The notes beneath the pieces were generated by a model. The model was not told the DNA's origin, did no database searches, and saw only the letters and a list, made by a program, of their open reading frames with translations. The position numbers were made by a program, and so were the translations under genes. A DNA stretch of 63,177 nucleotides, the filler included, from Neolecta irregularis DAH-3 (taxonomy: Eukaryota): the NCBI GenBank assembly GCA_001929475.1. It is 15 parts of 15 records of this genome, joined end to end, with 100 filler letters (N's around TTAATTAATTAA, not from the genome) between each part and the next. Parts side by side here need not be neighbours in the genome. Positions count along the whole stretch, not along the records: positions 8,724 to 13,019 come from LXFE01001447.1; positions 13,120 to 14,126 come from LXFE01001448.1; positions 14,227 to 16,725 come from LXFE01001451.1; positions 16,826 to 19,277 come from LXFE01001455.1; positions 19,378 to 22,726 come from LXFE01001458.1; positions 22,827 to 32,983 come from LXFE01001459.1; 9 more parts are not named here. The stretch is one strand, 5' to 3'. Of this stretch, positions 9,574 through 23,031 are shown one piece after another. Each line of letters begins with the position of its first letter. The stretch's first letter is position 1.

Positions 9574-12500
9574 TCATCGACTATCTCGACTTGCCTTTAC
9601 ATATTCAAACGCTTTTGTGGCCATTTCAAAAATATATTTAGCAGCGTGTTCGACGGTTTCAATCGAATACGACTCCACATCGTCGTCAACCTATACATCA
9701 GCGTGATCGTTAAAAACTCACGTCTCGGTGCTGACAGGGCCACATTTCCCCGCTGACAACTTGCCATATACTCGGTCGTGAGAAAAACAAGTCAAAGATA
9801 GGTCCATTTTCCACACAGTTTATAAATACGTTTCGACGACCGAGCACGTACAATCCTAGACGAGCTCGGGAAACGGCTACCGTCAACCGTCGAACGTCCC
9901 TTAAATAACCGATATTCTGCGTACGCACCAACGAGAGAATTATATCTAGCGTTAGCATCATAACAAGCATTTCGCACAGTCGTTTTGGTCGCCTTGGTAT
10001 TGATCGACCGTTGCCAAGGCACCCGGAAATCCAAACATGGGGTTCCCGGTACACCGGTCATTCAAAATATCTCTAATAAGAGCCTTTTGTCCAGCGTACA
10101 TCGTCAGTATTGTGATCTTCCGACCTGGGTATCCGAGAAGTCGCATGTATTGGTATATAGACACCGCATATTCAGCCTCGCCGAGATTCTGTATGAAATG
10201 AGGAGACGGCTCTTGTTCCCCCTGACCTCGATAATCATCAACTTGGATAAACTGAAAGTCGTATTTAAATCTAGTCTTAATCACATCTCTTGCAAAACGT
10301 ACCCTGCATTAGCAAATTTATAAATAGGTTCCGTTTCGACTTTTACTAGGTTTCCAAGATTGGGATAGCGCCATTGATACAATTTTGCCAAACTCGGTCG
10401 ACACCGACCTTGCCGATCTAGTGTGATCGAGGCAACCCCAAGTCTAATAAACCTCGAAAACAAACTCTGATCCATATTGGAGAAATTCTTAAAGGCAATG
10501 TTTTGAACGACCGGCGGCATTTGATTATGATCTCCAAATAAAATCAGCCTTTGGATAGGGTTTTTGCCGTTGTTATGCTGCAACGTCAATGGAATAAACG
10601 CTTCGATTTCGAGAATCTGCGCTGCTTCTTCAATGATTACGTTATCATACCGAAACCCAAGATCCAAAAATTCTTGTCTCTGGACCAGTCAGCTCAATCC
10701 ATCACGCGTTGTTACATTCATCGCGGCATGTGTTGCCGTCAAGGCGATTATTCTGGCTTCTTTTACCAACAAATAATTAGACCGTTCCTTGGACGATCGT
10801 AATATTTCAAACGGGTGAATGTCGGATAATTCGATAAAGATGTTTTCAATGTGACGCCAACACCCACGAGCAACCTCCGACAGCCCCTCCGCGTCAAACA
10901 GCGGCTGCGGCGCATTATGAAAAAAGTTTGCTATCTGTCAAATTAATAAGACGTCATCATACCAAACGGGAATTTGGCACTAATATCCCGAGATTTGCCG
11001 TGTCCAGACAAACTGGTCGACTCGTACTGTTTCCAAACCGGTTCGACTGTAGTACGGAAGAAATGTCCTGCTGTTTCGCAAGAATTTCCATGAGCAGGAG
11101 TCGCATTTAGTGATTGCGCTAGATGTGCAACCTCAGTCAGCAATACAAGCCGTCGCTCCTAAATATAAGTCTATCTTTTGAATTTAGACTTGCAAGAAAG
11201 TAATCTACTCGGCCGTATCGACCGTAACTTGCATCCATTTTCAAATCTTCTTCGCCGTGGCCGAGACGCAGCAGGTGTCTTTCGCTGATATCTAGCGCCG
11301 CAATCTTTTCAAAAAGCTGATTGAGAGCTTGATTGCTATGTGCCACCAGAAGAGTCCGCTGTTGAGGAAAGTTGTGGTAAATGTTGCAAACAATCTGGCA
11401 AGCAACGTCAGTTTTCCCCTATATCGTCAAGATTATATAACGATTGACGATACCGTTCCAGGTGGTCCAACGACAACTGTAAGACCCGGGAGACTACCAG
11501 ATACGATTGCTTGCACTAGCACTTAGCGTCACGCCTCTTCCAGGGTATACCTTGCATGGGAGTAAACCGAATTGTATTTTGTCGCGGCTTATCTGATGCA
11601 AATGGCCCCGAATTAGGTCTTTTATACTGTCGTGCAATCACATTTCCGCTATCTCCATTTACAGAAAAATCAAGGATAAAAGGCCCTGAAACCTGATCCA
11701 GCGAAACCCGATCGTCGTCGCTTTTCATAGACACCTAATAAATGAATACTGGTCCCTCCAAGACATACTTGATCAAAACTCTCGGTCAAATGTTGCCAAT
11801 CGAGAAAAGTATCAAGAAAGTTCAATTCAACAGGTCGATCTGGGAATTTGGTGTAATGCGCAGATGTCGGATCACCAAACCCGAGAAATATCTCTTCCAA
11901 CCAGTCGGGAAGAACGATATCTGCTTTTGAAAGTTGTTTAATCGAGTCTAAAATCGGTTTGAAATTATTTTGACGGGATTTTCGACGCATGATTACGTTC
12001 AATTGAGCGTACACATCGGTATCATCTGTCTGCCCAGACTGTTGATCGCGCTATGGGTTACTCGATATTGGAAAAAGCAGTTACGTAGAAACTGAGAGTA
12101 TCAAGCTTGACGCGCAAGAGCCTGCGACGACCCATTTTTACCATCTCCAGTTCATCTTCTCGAGCGAGTTGTTGAGCGATTTTTAGCGGTCTGCCTTCTT
12201 GATCTAGTATTTCGTCTACCTGGGCACATCTAATGAATTTTAATCCAACCTTTTCAAGGTAGCATGGATCGCTCATTTCGGGAAAATTCATTTCGATAGC
12301 ATCGATCCCTTGAATTGCCATCAGAAATACAGAATCGCCAGGCTTGAGATTTTCCCATTCGCGACGTATACTCTCATCAATTCGATCGAGTTCTAGTTGA
12401 ACTTCTGCCCGTACATAAGCTGGATGTTCCTCGCCAACAGCAGGACGGCCTATCTCCAGTATGCTAAAGTCAGAACAGCAAATGTTTTGATTTACGCGGG

Positions 12501-13020
12501 TCGGTTAATTCCCAGGGCCATACTCGATGTTCCTTGGAATTTCATCACGTTGCCTCCGGCGACTGATTGAGGTCTGATCCGTCGAATTACCTCCTCGATA
12601 TCTTTCTTTATCTCATAGAATGATTCTTGTTTGTACAGCTGGAATGATCTGCAGAGGAAATCGCCAACAGTTAGATATTGCACATTTAACTTTGGTGTTG
12701 ATAATGGTCTAGTCCCGTCGTACTTTTCCGCTTCTTTTAACAAATTGTGGAATATTGATTTCTTCAATCAGAAAAATATGAGAACCGCATACCTCGGTGG
12801 GAAATATCTCTAGATTTTCCGGTCGATCAAAGAGAAGGCTCTTTTGCGAGTAGTAGTATACAAATGCTCCAATCAACAGGTCACGAGTCAAGGTTATGTT
12901 TGGGTACTTTGTCCTTGAAGCAACCATGGAACAGAGCTCCTCAAGCTCGGAATCAGAGAGGACTGAAATCTGCTCTCGAAGTGAATCAGGGGTAGTGATG
13001 GATGCGATGTTGGAGAGAAN
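9574..13020 (-). CDS. AQR: Aquarius (intron-binding spliceosomal SF1 helicase, Cwf11), 3' portion
   Basis: [35 protein letters not shown]-loop, [36 protein letters not shown]. Many short introns; stop TGA at 9574-9576. Confidence 0.95.
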
Positions 13021-13119
13021 NNNNNNNNNNNNNNNNNNNNNNNNNNNNNNNNNNNNNNNNNNNTTAATTAATTAANNNNNNNNNNNNNNNNNNNNNNNNN
13101 NNNNNNNNNNNNNNNNNNN

Positions 13120-14126
13120 CTCTGCCATTCCCAGCAAAGTTACCCAGTCAGCTGACTTACCTATAAATGTCTTTAGGTAATCTTCTACCACCCAGTTCAT
13201 CCTTTCTGATAAACCATCTGTTTGTGGGTGGTAGGCCGTAGAAAGTTTGATGTCAGTCCCTATTAGCTTCCAAAACTCTTGCCAGAATTTTGAGTCGAAC
13301 TGCGGTCCTTGATCCGATATGATTGATTTCGGGATACCATGGAGAGGGTAGTACAGATTTAATAAGAGTCTCGCAAGGTCCTTTGCTGAACAGGTGGTTC
13401 TCGAAGGCCAAAAGTGGCACCTCTGAGTAGCCCTGTCCACGATAGTCAGAATCGCATCATACTCTCCTATTAATGGTAGTCCTGTGATGAAATCCATGGT
13501 GATCTCCACCTAGCGTTCGTCTGGGATACCGAGGGGTTTCAGTAGTCCAGCTTTCTTTCTTGTATCTGCTTTTACTTTAGCACATACAATGCAGGAGTTA
13601 CAGAAGTCTTCGACTTGTGTTGACATCTTTTTCCAATAAAATTTTTGGACCAGCGAGGCTAGCATTTTTCTGGGTCCAGGGTGGCCACTTGATGGATCAT
13701 CGTGATATGCTTTCAGCAACTCCAGAGTACAGTTTTCCGAGGTGCAAACATGATTATCTTTCAGGAGCAGTCCATCCTGTACCTCGAAGTCCTCAACTGG
13801 TATTCCTTTTAATAATTTTGTCCAGGTGTCTTTCCAGTCAGAATGCACAAGCGATTGCCACACTTTGTCCATCCATGCTTCATCGTCCTCTAATGTTATG
13901 GCTAGACATTTGAATTCTGATTTTCTAGAGAGTGCATCTGCCACGAGGTTTGCAGCTCCTGGGATGTACTCAACTTCGAAGTCCGAGAATTCTGCCATGA
14001 ACGCTAGTATTCGAATCTGCTTTGGATTTAGTTTCGGTTGCTTCAGAATATACTGAAGTGCTTTGTGATCGGTCCGGATTATAAACCTGGCTCCATGTAA
14101 CAATGGCCTAAATTTCTCCAGTGCTT
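13120..14126 (-). mobile_element. Ty3/gypsy pol fragment (RNase H, integrase HHCC, DDE core) with one in-frame TAG
   Basis: TDHKAL, YIPGAANLVADALSR, HDDPSSGHPG, ITMDFITGLP, ISDQGPQF, STAYHPQTDGLSER. TAG at 13510-13512 falls where a Trp is normally found. Confidence 0.95.
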
Positions 14127-14226
14127 NNNNNNNNNNNNNNNNNNNNNNNNNNNNNNNNNNNNNNNNNNNNTTAATTAATTAANNNNNNNNNNNNNNNNNN
14201 NNNNNNNNNNNNNNNNNNNNNNNNNN

Positions 14227-14995
14227 AAAATATCATGTCAACCGTCGAATGATTTCATACATAATAGGTAAGAAGCTGACAAATACTACCATGCTCGTAA
14301 GGAACAAAGTTATTGGACCCTGTAGCGCAACGGCCATGTGTTTATATTTTCTAGAGTCATTTGTAACCATTCCAGCGAAAGTATCGGCGATATAAGGAAT
14401 GATTTTTGCGATAATCTTCGAGACCCATATTGAAGTCCATATAAGCTCAAACCAAACGAAGAACCACAACATATCAACACCGCTGGATGTGTTACACGAT
14501 GTTTAAAGCCAGTGCAAACCCAATCTCGAGCTTATCTGCATTTTTTCGATGGTAATTGAAGAAATAACCGATTAAGAGAGGCGCCATAATGACGGTAAAG
14601 ACCGGCATGATATAAAGAAGCCATCGAAGAAGCCAGTGTGAGTCGTGAATCCATTTGAAAGTCTTACCCAACTTTGAGACTGGGTCAATAGGAGGAACGA
14701 TGAAGTTGTTCTTATTTCCAAGTCCCCACTCTATCGATTCTTCAGGTTCAAAATTCTATCTTGTCATTAAGTAGCAAAAACATAGAGATTCCTCTTTGCA
14801 ATGGCTTTTTATACTTCTCCTACTTCTACTCACGATTGACTCATCCCGGTTCATAACCATTCTCTGAGCGTTGACGATTGTGAGCTCATCCTGGAGAATA
14901 TGCTGATCATCTCTGTTAATCCCCGTGCGAACTGGAAAAGACTCGACTCCATTGTGGTTGCGAGTACTCATTTTATCCGAGAACGAAGGTTCCAT
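14227..14995 (-). CDS. MscS-like mechanosensitive channel (Msy1/Msy2-type), 5' part
   Basis: WLLRWLLYIMP...GGVDMLWFFVWFELIWTSIWVSKIIAKIIP...VTNDSRKYK...VSFLPI matches the N-terminal TM region of fungal MscS proteins. Truncated by the gap. Confidence 0.7.
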
Positions 14996-15229
14996 CAGAC
15001 TTCTATTCTGGGTACAGTTGTGACCAAAGGGAGGTTTAGCCAAATAAAGTAGTGAAATTTTAACCCTTAGGGCAGAGCGCAGATATCACTACGCTAGAGC
15101 CTTTGAGGCATGGCTGGTAATCTTTCTGAGGGAAATATGTGATTCTCCAATGGGACAATCATAGGTGCACGGGCCATAGGGTGCTATTATGCCGCGCCTT
15201 GTAGTGCTCTTAAAATGGTTAGGGCTAGG

Positions 15230-15418
15230 ATGATATATCGTCTCCAGACTGTTCAGGCGCCTATCGTTCATCAAAAGCTTCATGACATATCTGGATTTGA
15301 CCATTATCCGAATGTAACAAACGCAATTGTAGCTGTGGTAGATTATACTAGATATGACATGGACGATGCTATGATTCTCAATAAGTCTGCACATGAGCGG
15401 GACACGGCACATTGTACA
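15230..15418 (+). pseudogene. RPA135: Orphan fragment of RNA polymerase I second-largest subunit (RPA135/Rpa2)
   Basis: MIYRLQTVQAPIV...DHYPNVTNAIVAVVDYTRYDMDDAMILNKSAHER resembles the conserved YRLQTGQTP...PNGxNAVVAVISYTGYDMDDAMIxNKSA segment. Glycines are substituted and no flanking exons are evident. Confidence 0.8.
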
Positions 15419-15559
15419 AGTCCGACATCGTCGATCGTTCTAAAAATGGGAAGGGAATTGTCTATTGCGGTTTCGGAACAAACCGCATTGAATGCTGGAG
15501 ATAGAGGTTGGACGGGGACAGGTACCCTATGCTCGGAGCTGAACTCTCCAGCGGTGACC

Positions 15560-16199
15560 CAATTGCTAGGATGTTCAATTGAGACATAACTGTTTCTATT
15601 TTCTGCGCCACGATAATAGCATCCAAATACACACAAATTGGCTTGAAACCGTATGGCACGCAGGTTATAGCTCAAGTTTATGACATGCAGGCTGTGTGTA
15701 TAGAGTTTTATTGCAAGCACAGAAGAGACTATACAAAATTTAGCATAAGGGATCGAGTATTACTCAATATTGAGAACTTCCGCAAGACGAAGGAAGGAAA
15801 GTCAGTCAAACTACTTCCACGATGGTAGGTCCATATTGAGTGTCGTAAGCTTGGGACGACACACACACACATACACACTCGAACTACCTGAGGAAATCAC
15901 CAGACATCCAATTTCAAGGCATTCAATAATAATGATTTGGAAGTATATCCAGATCGACAATATGAAAGTCCAATTATATTGGATAGATATGAGGATGAAG
16001 TTGTCCCTGAAGACATAGTGATGCACCGCGGGTCATCTAGGAGACGAGAATATTTAGTCAAGTGGAAGGACAGACCCTGACGAAAACAGTTGGGAAACGA
16101 AGGAAATTGAGATATTACTACACAGTATTGGGAGGCTACTCCACAAGCAATACACCCTTAGGGGCAGCGCAAGGGTGCCGAAAGTAAAACCCGGGGAGG
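15560..16199 (+). mobile_element. Chromovirus-type Ty3/gypsy 3' relic (integrase GPY/F region, chromodomain, PPT)
   Basis: FSIRDRVLL...KLLPRW*, YTLELP, then EDIVMHR..RREYLVKWKDRP and NSWE (chromodomain). Frameshifts and stops present. Purine tract GGGGAGG directly precedes TGTAA at 16200. Confidence 0.8.
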
Positions 16200-16396
16200 T
16201 GTAAAGACATATCCGGGGTATTACCGGATATATCTTACCAATGAAGCAAGTGGCGGAAAAGAAATAACGGCAATTGTGTTTAGAATGTATATAAAGACTT
16301 AGCGGGCATACCTTGACCCAAGTTCATAAAGTCTACAAGCTTAGATTAAGGAATATAACCTAGTCTTATTTGTACGCAAGAGCTCAATGCGTTACA
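16200..16396 (+). repeat. Probable 3' LTR of the chromovirus relic
   Basis: Starts TGTAA right after the PPT and ends TTACA (16396). Internal TATATAAAG. 5' hairpin gtaaagacatatccgg/ccggatatatcttac. Confidence 0.55.
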
Positions 16397-16825
16397 CCTG
16401 CCCATTTGGTCATCCACTAACCTCCCACTGTGGGGGAGGTTGAGGCAAGATATTTTGGTCAGGTGGAAAACGCTACATCCGATGAAGACACATGGCAAAA
16501 GGAAGAAGAATCAGAGGAAGAAATCATATCAGATTATTGGAAGGGGTCTCCAAGGATGGTCCCCCCATTAGAAGCGGCAGATTGGCACTGAAATAAAAAA
16601 GGGAAGGATATACCCAACCGGTATACCGTACCAATACAGTAACAAGGCGGGAGAGAAGATGAAGTACTCGGCGCGCCGTGGCAGCGCCGCAGCGGCTAGA
16701 GGAGGACAGTGGGCGGGTGCATCGGNNNNNNNNNNNNNNNNNNNNNNNNNNNNNNNNNNNNNNNNNNNNTTAATTAATTAANNNNNNNNNNNNNNNNNNN
16801 NNNNNNNNNNNNNNNNNNNNNNNNN

Positions 16826-16980
16826 TCGGCAGCAATGCGGACATCAGGATCGTCTATAAACATGTTTTCATGGCACGGCGTAGGTTTATTGGCTGTGTCT
16901 CTGGCGATTCCAGCTGATGCCGGGTGGGAGCAGCCTTCAACAGACATTATGTCTTGAGAAAGGCCTCTGTGGTCGTGCAT
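16826..16980 (-). CDS. Possible Opi1/ccg-8-like transcription factor, 5' fragment
   Basis: Ends in IDDPDVRIAAE at the gap, resembling the recalled DDPDVRxAAEAL motif of fungal Opi1-like proteins. Confidence 0.4.
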
Positions 16981-17097
16981 GGCTCCAGATGGCAGTAGAG
17001 GCCAGGTGGTAAAGTCACATGCCTACAGTAGTACCGAAAGTAGCATGTGCCAAATCACCATGCCAAAATGATTACACTAGCTTTATTATTGGTCACT

Positions 17098-19263
17098 CTA
17101 CTTCTTAGATCGACCATCTGGCACTGAATAAAACACCATTTCCTGCTTGGTGTCACTCCACGCCTGGTCAACAATGTAGTAGCCCTTGCGCTCAAATTGT
17201 ATAATACTGCCCTTGTGCAACTCTTTGACATTCCTGTCCGCAAGAGCATCCGTCAGCATCTCGGTCACAGGAGTCAGGAAATCTTCGACCTTGTCATTCT
17301 CTTCCAACTTTGATTTTGTGATCAGATGGTCAAATTCATATAGCTTGACAACTGCGCAGGCGTCAGATTGCATGAGCCAAGTCACTTTTTTTTCAGTCTT
17401 TTTAAAGTCGCCGCCAGGATGCAGTTCAAGTTGAAGAGTGTACACTTTTCCATTGTGATCCCGTTCAATCAGCCTCACGAAAGCATTTCCCCAATCCATC
17501 AGCGTAATCTGGCTTTAGCAAGTCTCAAAGCGCCAAGACTGGTACTTCTTCGTCGGCCTTGCAAGAGGCTGCGTCATCTTGCTCCAACCAGATAGATCTT
17601 CCGTATTGTACCGGCTTCATTCCGATGCTGGGATTCTTTTTATGCAAAGGTTTGTTATCGAGGTACTCTATTTCCGGCCCATTAACAATGTCAACCTTTA
17701 CGCTGGACATGTCAGCCACGCTCAGGTCATCACTTACATGTCTTGTCTGACAAGCGCAGTATAACGGGGTGCGACAGGATCGATTACCTTTTTGTTCATG
17801 GCCCAGATACTCGACCAATCCATATTGATGATATTTTTTGAGGGTCCTTGACCGAGTATGAACGCCCGCAAAGCTTCAATTGTCATCCCTCGTCTCCGAA
17901 TACCTAGATCACTTACTCAAAAGCGATTTATTGATTCACAAACCTCTGACAGTAGGAAATCTTGCATCGTCCCATCCCGATACCTTTCCTTGATCGACAA
18001 ACCACTGAAGCTTTCTTTTGCTCAATAGAGTCCGGATGAAATTGACTCTGCCAAATTCCCAAACTGGGATTTTTTGTAAGCCAAGCGCTTTGAGGACCCA
18101 CTGATACTGAGGATTTCGGTCAGTGTATTCGGTGGTTCTCAATGCATGAGTAACGCCTTCTATACTATCGACAATCGGGCATGCAAAATCATAAGTCGGA
18201 TATATTTTCCATTGATTCCCAGTTCGATGGTGCGGTTGAGGATTACATCGATAAATGACAGGATCTCGCAGTGCTTTGTTAGGATTATCAACTGAAATTT
18301 TGGCTCTTAAACAATTTTTCAGTCCCTACAAATAAGCAGGATAGAATTCGAGATGTCTGACCTCGATAGTGGCCTCTTTCATAGCCTGGAAGATAGCAAA
18401 GTTCTCTTCAATTGATCGATCTCGCCTTTTGCTTCCAATGCCATACATTCGTTCATTGCGCATCTACATATTAGCAAACATTCTGATCAGGACTTGCAGT
18501 ATCGACATCTGTGTCATCGCAGTAAGCTTTGCCCTCCTTAATCATCTGTAACGCAAATTCGTAGAGTTTGTCGAAATAATCAGAGGAGTAACTTACTTGG
18601 TCAGGAGCAATCCCCAAAAGTTTCAGATCGTCTTTAATAGCTTCCTGAAATTCAATCTACATGGTAAGCTGGAAAACTTGAACCAACGGTAATGCCTTTT
18701 CTTTAGTAGGATTTGTGTCATCGAAGCGCAGTATCATTTTTCCGTGATAATAGTCCGCAAAATATCTATTCAATATCGCAGCCTTGGCATGACCAATGTG
18801 GAGATAGCCGCTTGGCTCTGGTGGAAACCGAGTCTATTGTAAGCATATCTTCGAAGTGAACAAATACCACTACGTGACCATCGACGGCATTTTGTAAGTT
18901 TATGTTGTAATTTGCGACGGAAGATTTCTTTTTGGACTACCTTTAACAAAGCGAAGGCAATACATTACCAGGAAGAGAGCCAGATTGACGATTGGGTCAA
19001 TGGCTTCGACCACGAGAGGGTGAGCTTCCATGAATCGAAACCATCGAGAAAGATTGACCAGGACGTTCTTCTTAATAGCTCCAAGAGATACATGATTCTC
19101 TTTAATTGCAGAGTAGATTGATGCGTCGGCAAGGGTTATATCATATCCGACAAGGACGGATCGAAAAGTCAAGTGATAGTCAAGTTCTTTCAAAGCTGTA
19201 TTGATGATCGAAAAATCCGCAGTCTGCAGTTTTGATTCAGAAAAATTCAACCATTCATTGATC
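17098..19263 (-). CDS. GUS1: Cytosolic glutamyl-tRNA synthetase (5' end missing)
   Basis: GST-like N-domain, [18 protein letters not shown] (HIGH), [42 protein letters not shown]. Multiple introns. Confidence 0.97.
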
Positions 19264-20841
19264 TATGATTTTAAGTTNNNNNNNNNNNNNNNNNNNNNNN
19301 NNNNNNNNNNNNNNNNNNNNNTTAATTAATTAANNNNNNNNNNNNNNNNNNNNNNNNNNNNNNNNNNNNNNNNNNNNGAATATGAACTCGTACATATATT
19401 TGAGCGAATCTCGCTGCTTTGCTTCCGCAATGACGGTACCAATTCCTAAGACTGAAGAGGCTGTCTATGACCCCTGGGTTCCCTCGGTTCGGGCCTTTTT
19501 TTCCTTTAGTGGAGAGCGACAGATCATGCCGATATTGACGGCCTGTAGTGCAACCTCTCTAGATTTTGCACTGCACCAAGAGCATTCTTATCGCATCTTC
19601 GGCGGGGGAGTCGTTCAACGGTTAGCTCCTCTCAGGCGTCCTCGATAATCTTGTGTCTCACGTTATCTGAATTGTCAAACAAATGGACTACATTTAATAA
19701 TAAGTTATACACAAATATAGTTTGATCATTAATGATGCAGGAGCTGAACTGGATATATATCAAGACCAACGATAAATAAACGTCTTCTGCTGGGAAACAC
19801 CACACAGGACTTGCAAGACCTTTCTTCCTCCAATTATCTCTTCTTCTTTTTTCCGAGATATCCGGGTTGACGATATGACACATCAGTATTCATCTTTCGG
19901 CATTTTCGGACTTAATCGGATATATTTGATCAAGAATTTCTTCTTTACTAGAGGTACGGGAGTATCTTGGTTACGTCCGGCTCGTATGTCACACTCGTGT
20001 TAAACAAGTGCGATATAAATCTCCGAGAACACTACCATTGTCCTGTCTAGTGGAACTTGATTGGGGAGTTCCAAAACGATATGCATAATATCTTCGTATC
20101 TCCCTTTCAAGATATTTGTTTAGGTTAACTTAGTGCTTTGAATGTGGATTGATCGCTTCTACATAGGCTAGTTTTCGGGCCCTGGCTACCACCAAGGTCC
20201 AATGTCGCGGTAAGATGCAAATTTGCTGAGTCATTCTTCTCATTAGACAAGCGCCGGAGTTTGCTGCGGTATAGAGGTCGGGCTTCTTTATCGACCTCTA
20301 CTAGAACAGACACTCACTCACTGCAATCATTCGTTATATATGAAATATTGTTTCTATCTTATCAGGCACAATATCGTCAATTCAATACGAACATGCCAGT
20401 CTAGGCGCTTACAATAAAAGCGCCACTTTCATGACAAGCTAATGAGTCTCCTGCAGTTCATGTAGCTCCGTTGAATTGTTTTAAGTGTGGACTTAGCTTT
20501 CCATTCCCGGAGACGATAAAACAGCTTTCATAAGACTTCGGGAACCTTTTAATTATCTTCGGCCCGTTTCAAGCGTCCGGGGACCATTTAATTATTTCAA
20601 TATCTATATTCAAAGAACATTAACCTCCTTATATTCTTTCTATTTTACAGATAGGCTTGAAGCTAGTAGACACCCCTGGCGACAACTCCATATATAGTTT
20701 CCCTCGATAAGCCCATTTCTCATTCTTCTCCCTTGAATCTCTATCCTTGAATTCAGCTGTAGGCGGCCGTGAGTTGATGCCAAGATAGCCTTTTGATGGT
20801 AAAGGAATACCTTGACGATCGAGATATTGAACAGCATCGAG

Positions 20842-22512
20842 ATGGCCAAGTTCGAGATCCCTCCTAATGAAGAGCAAGATAACGTGGCTTCAGTTATCTT
20901 TCTCGCTTTCGTCGCTTCTCTGCTTATTGTTGCCTCAATTCAAAAGCTTTGGTTTCTGAGGGTTGCCAGTTACAGGTATTTGTGAATTTGAGCTGAATAA
21001 TGATTGGATAGGCTACGAAATCAAGACAGATCTTACCAGCCATTTGGAGCTGTGACTCGCCATCTTCGGAGTATCTTCTATCAACAAAAAACAAACTGTC
21101 CTCTCCCACTGGGCCAAATATTTATCTGCAGCTTATTTCTTGTCCCGATACTCATAATATCTCTTCTAGGGTACTTGAACTCACCGAACCTGGACCCATT
21201 AATCAACTTTTCGATCCATACCGGTTACATTAGTATAGTTATCGTTCCACTGATGCTTTTGCTCATTATGAAATCAAATCCGGTTGGTCGTCTCATCGGT
21301 TATTCAAATATGGAACTCAACTATTTGCATCGATTCGGCGGACGGTTATGTCTCCTTCTAGCCCTGGTTCATACACTTGCACGATGTATTTTTTATATCC
21401 AGAATGGAATCCTTAAACGCGAACTCACAGAAAACTTCTCGGTTAAGAACGGGTTTGGTATCCTTGTATTCCTTGTGGTTCTCGTTTTTGGAAGTTCATT
21501 TCGACATTTATCTCACGAATGGTTCATTGCACTGAAGCTTCCAGTAACTATTGGTTTCATACTTTACACACTCTTTTTCCATCTCCCTATTGGTATATTT
21601 CTTACCCTCTGTTTGACTCTCTCCGTCGTCATACTCGATAGGATCTGGACAAGAATCAGGAATCTCCGGGATAATTTACCTATGCCACTTGCCAAGATCG
21701 AAGCTCTTCAAGGTCGTGCTACACGTATTACCATATCAGGGTCTCAGATTAAAAGATGGTTGCCAGGGCAACACGCATACATTACCATTCCCTCTATTGC
21801 GCCTTTTCAAGCACATCCATTCACGATTGCTACCGTGGATGAAATGTCTTTCGTAACATTAGTCAAATCGGGATTTACGTTGAAGCTTTGGGATACTGCA
21901 ACGCAAAATTCCACGGTACATGCCATCATCGACGGTCCATATGGTTGTCCGCCTCCGCTTTCGCATTTCGGTCAACTTATACTGATCTCTGCCTCAACGG
22001 GTGGCTCATTTACTATTCCCATTCTCCTAGAAAGAATTCAGACCCCAGGTTGTGTGGAAAAGATTCGATACATTTGGATTGTTAAATCGATTGAGTGCAT
22101 CGAATGGTACGCATATCTTTTCGGACAAGCCATGGTCCTCTCCCTCGAGTCTGGTATTGAACTGGAAATTTCGATATATGTTACTCGCCCCCCTAAAGTT
22201 GTAGAAAAGTCTTCAGTTGGGTCAGTCATAGACAAGATTTCAACCTCTTCTGAAAAAGGTGCTGCGAGTTCTGCGGAGAAGGCAGAATATCTCTTCAAAA
22301 ATACTCCTTCATCAGGACGATCTGCTATGGCCTTTCCCTTTTTTTGCGGGCGCCCGAAAATTTCCACGATTATCACTGATGAAACAAGAGATAGCACAGT
22401 TGGAGAAACTGCAGTTGTCGTATGCGGAGGAGCAGCTCTCTCGGTAGATGTACGAAATTGTGTCGCTGAACTCCAAAGAAATATTTTCCTTCATGTCGAG
22501 GAGTTTGCATGA
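20842..22512 (+). CDS. Ferric/cupric reductase (FRE/Frp1 family)
   Basis: TM His motifs (YLHRFGGR, LVHT), WLPGQHAYI, QAHPFTI (FAD), IDGPYG, VVVCGG, LHVEEF. Intron ~20976-21011; the start codon is inferred. Confidence 0.9.
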
Positions 22513-22826
22513 TTAAGCATGAAAATGTATGATTATATATAGAGGTATTGTTAAAGTTATATTTAATAAAAAGACGTTGCAGCTCTGAACCTCTGATTTT
22601 TCGGCTAAATTTCAACGAAGATCTATATGTCGGTGTATCATTATAAATCCATGAATAGTGTTGTGGGCACTATCAAGTCCCACCGCCCCCACACAACGGC
22701 AAACCCAGGATGAGACATAGAGGGCGNNNNNNNNNNNNNNNNNNNNNNNNNNNNNNNNNNNNNNNNNNNNTTAATTAATTAANNNNNNNNNNNNNNNNNN
22801 NNNNNNNNNNNNNNNNNNNNNNNNNN

Positions 22827-23021
22827 TAGAAATCAGCCATTTATTCCTTACCTTGTTTATTCCTCAAATTTTTGTCAGAGTGCGTGGGTGTGTAGGTGGA
22901 CGGATAGGATGTCTTTGTGGACGGATAGGATGGGTTCGGAGTAGGATAACGTTGGCTTGTTCCATTTCATTTCCCTCCTGTTTTGATTGAACGTGTTCGT
23001 CTCAAGGGGCACTCTTTGTTC
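22827..23021. repeat. 195-bp near-identical copy of 31654-31848
   Basis: Identical apart from 2 substitutions; this copy is flanked by N gaps on both sides. Confidence 0.9.
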
Positions 23022-23031
23022 NNNNNNNNNN

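Noticed and set aside
19378..20700. Short ORFs on both strands between GUS1 and the ferric reductase
   Set aside because: Could not assemble a coherent spliced model or recognise a family.
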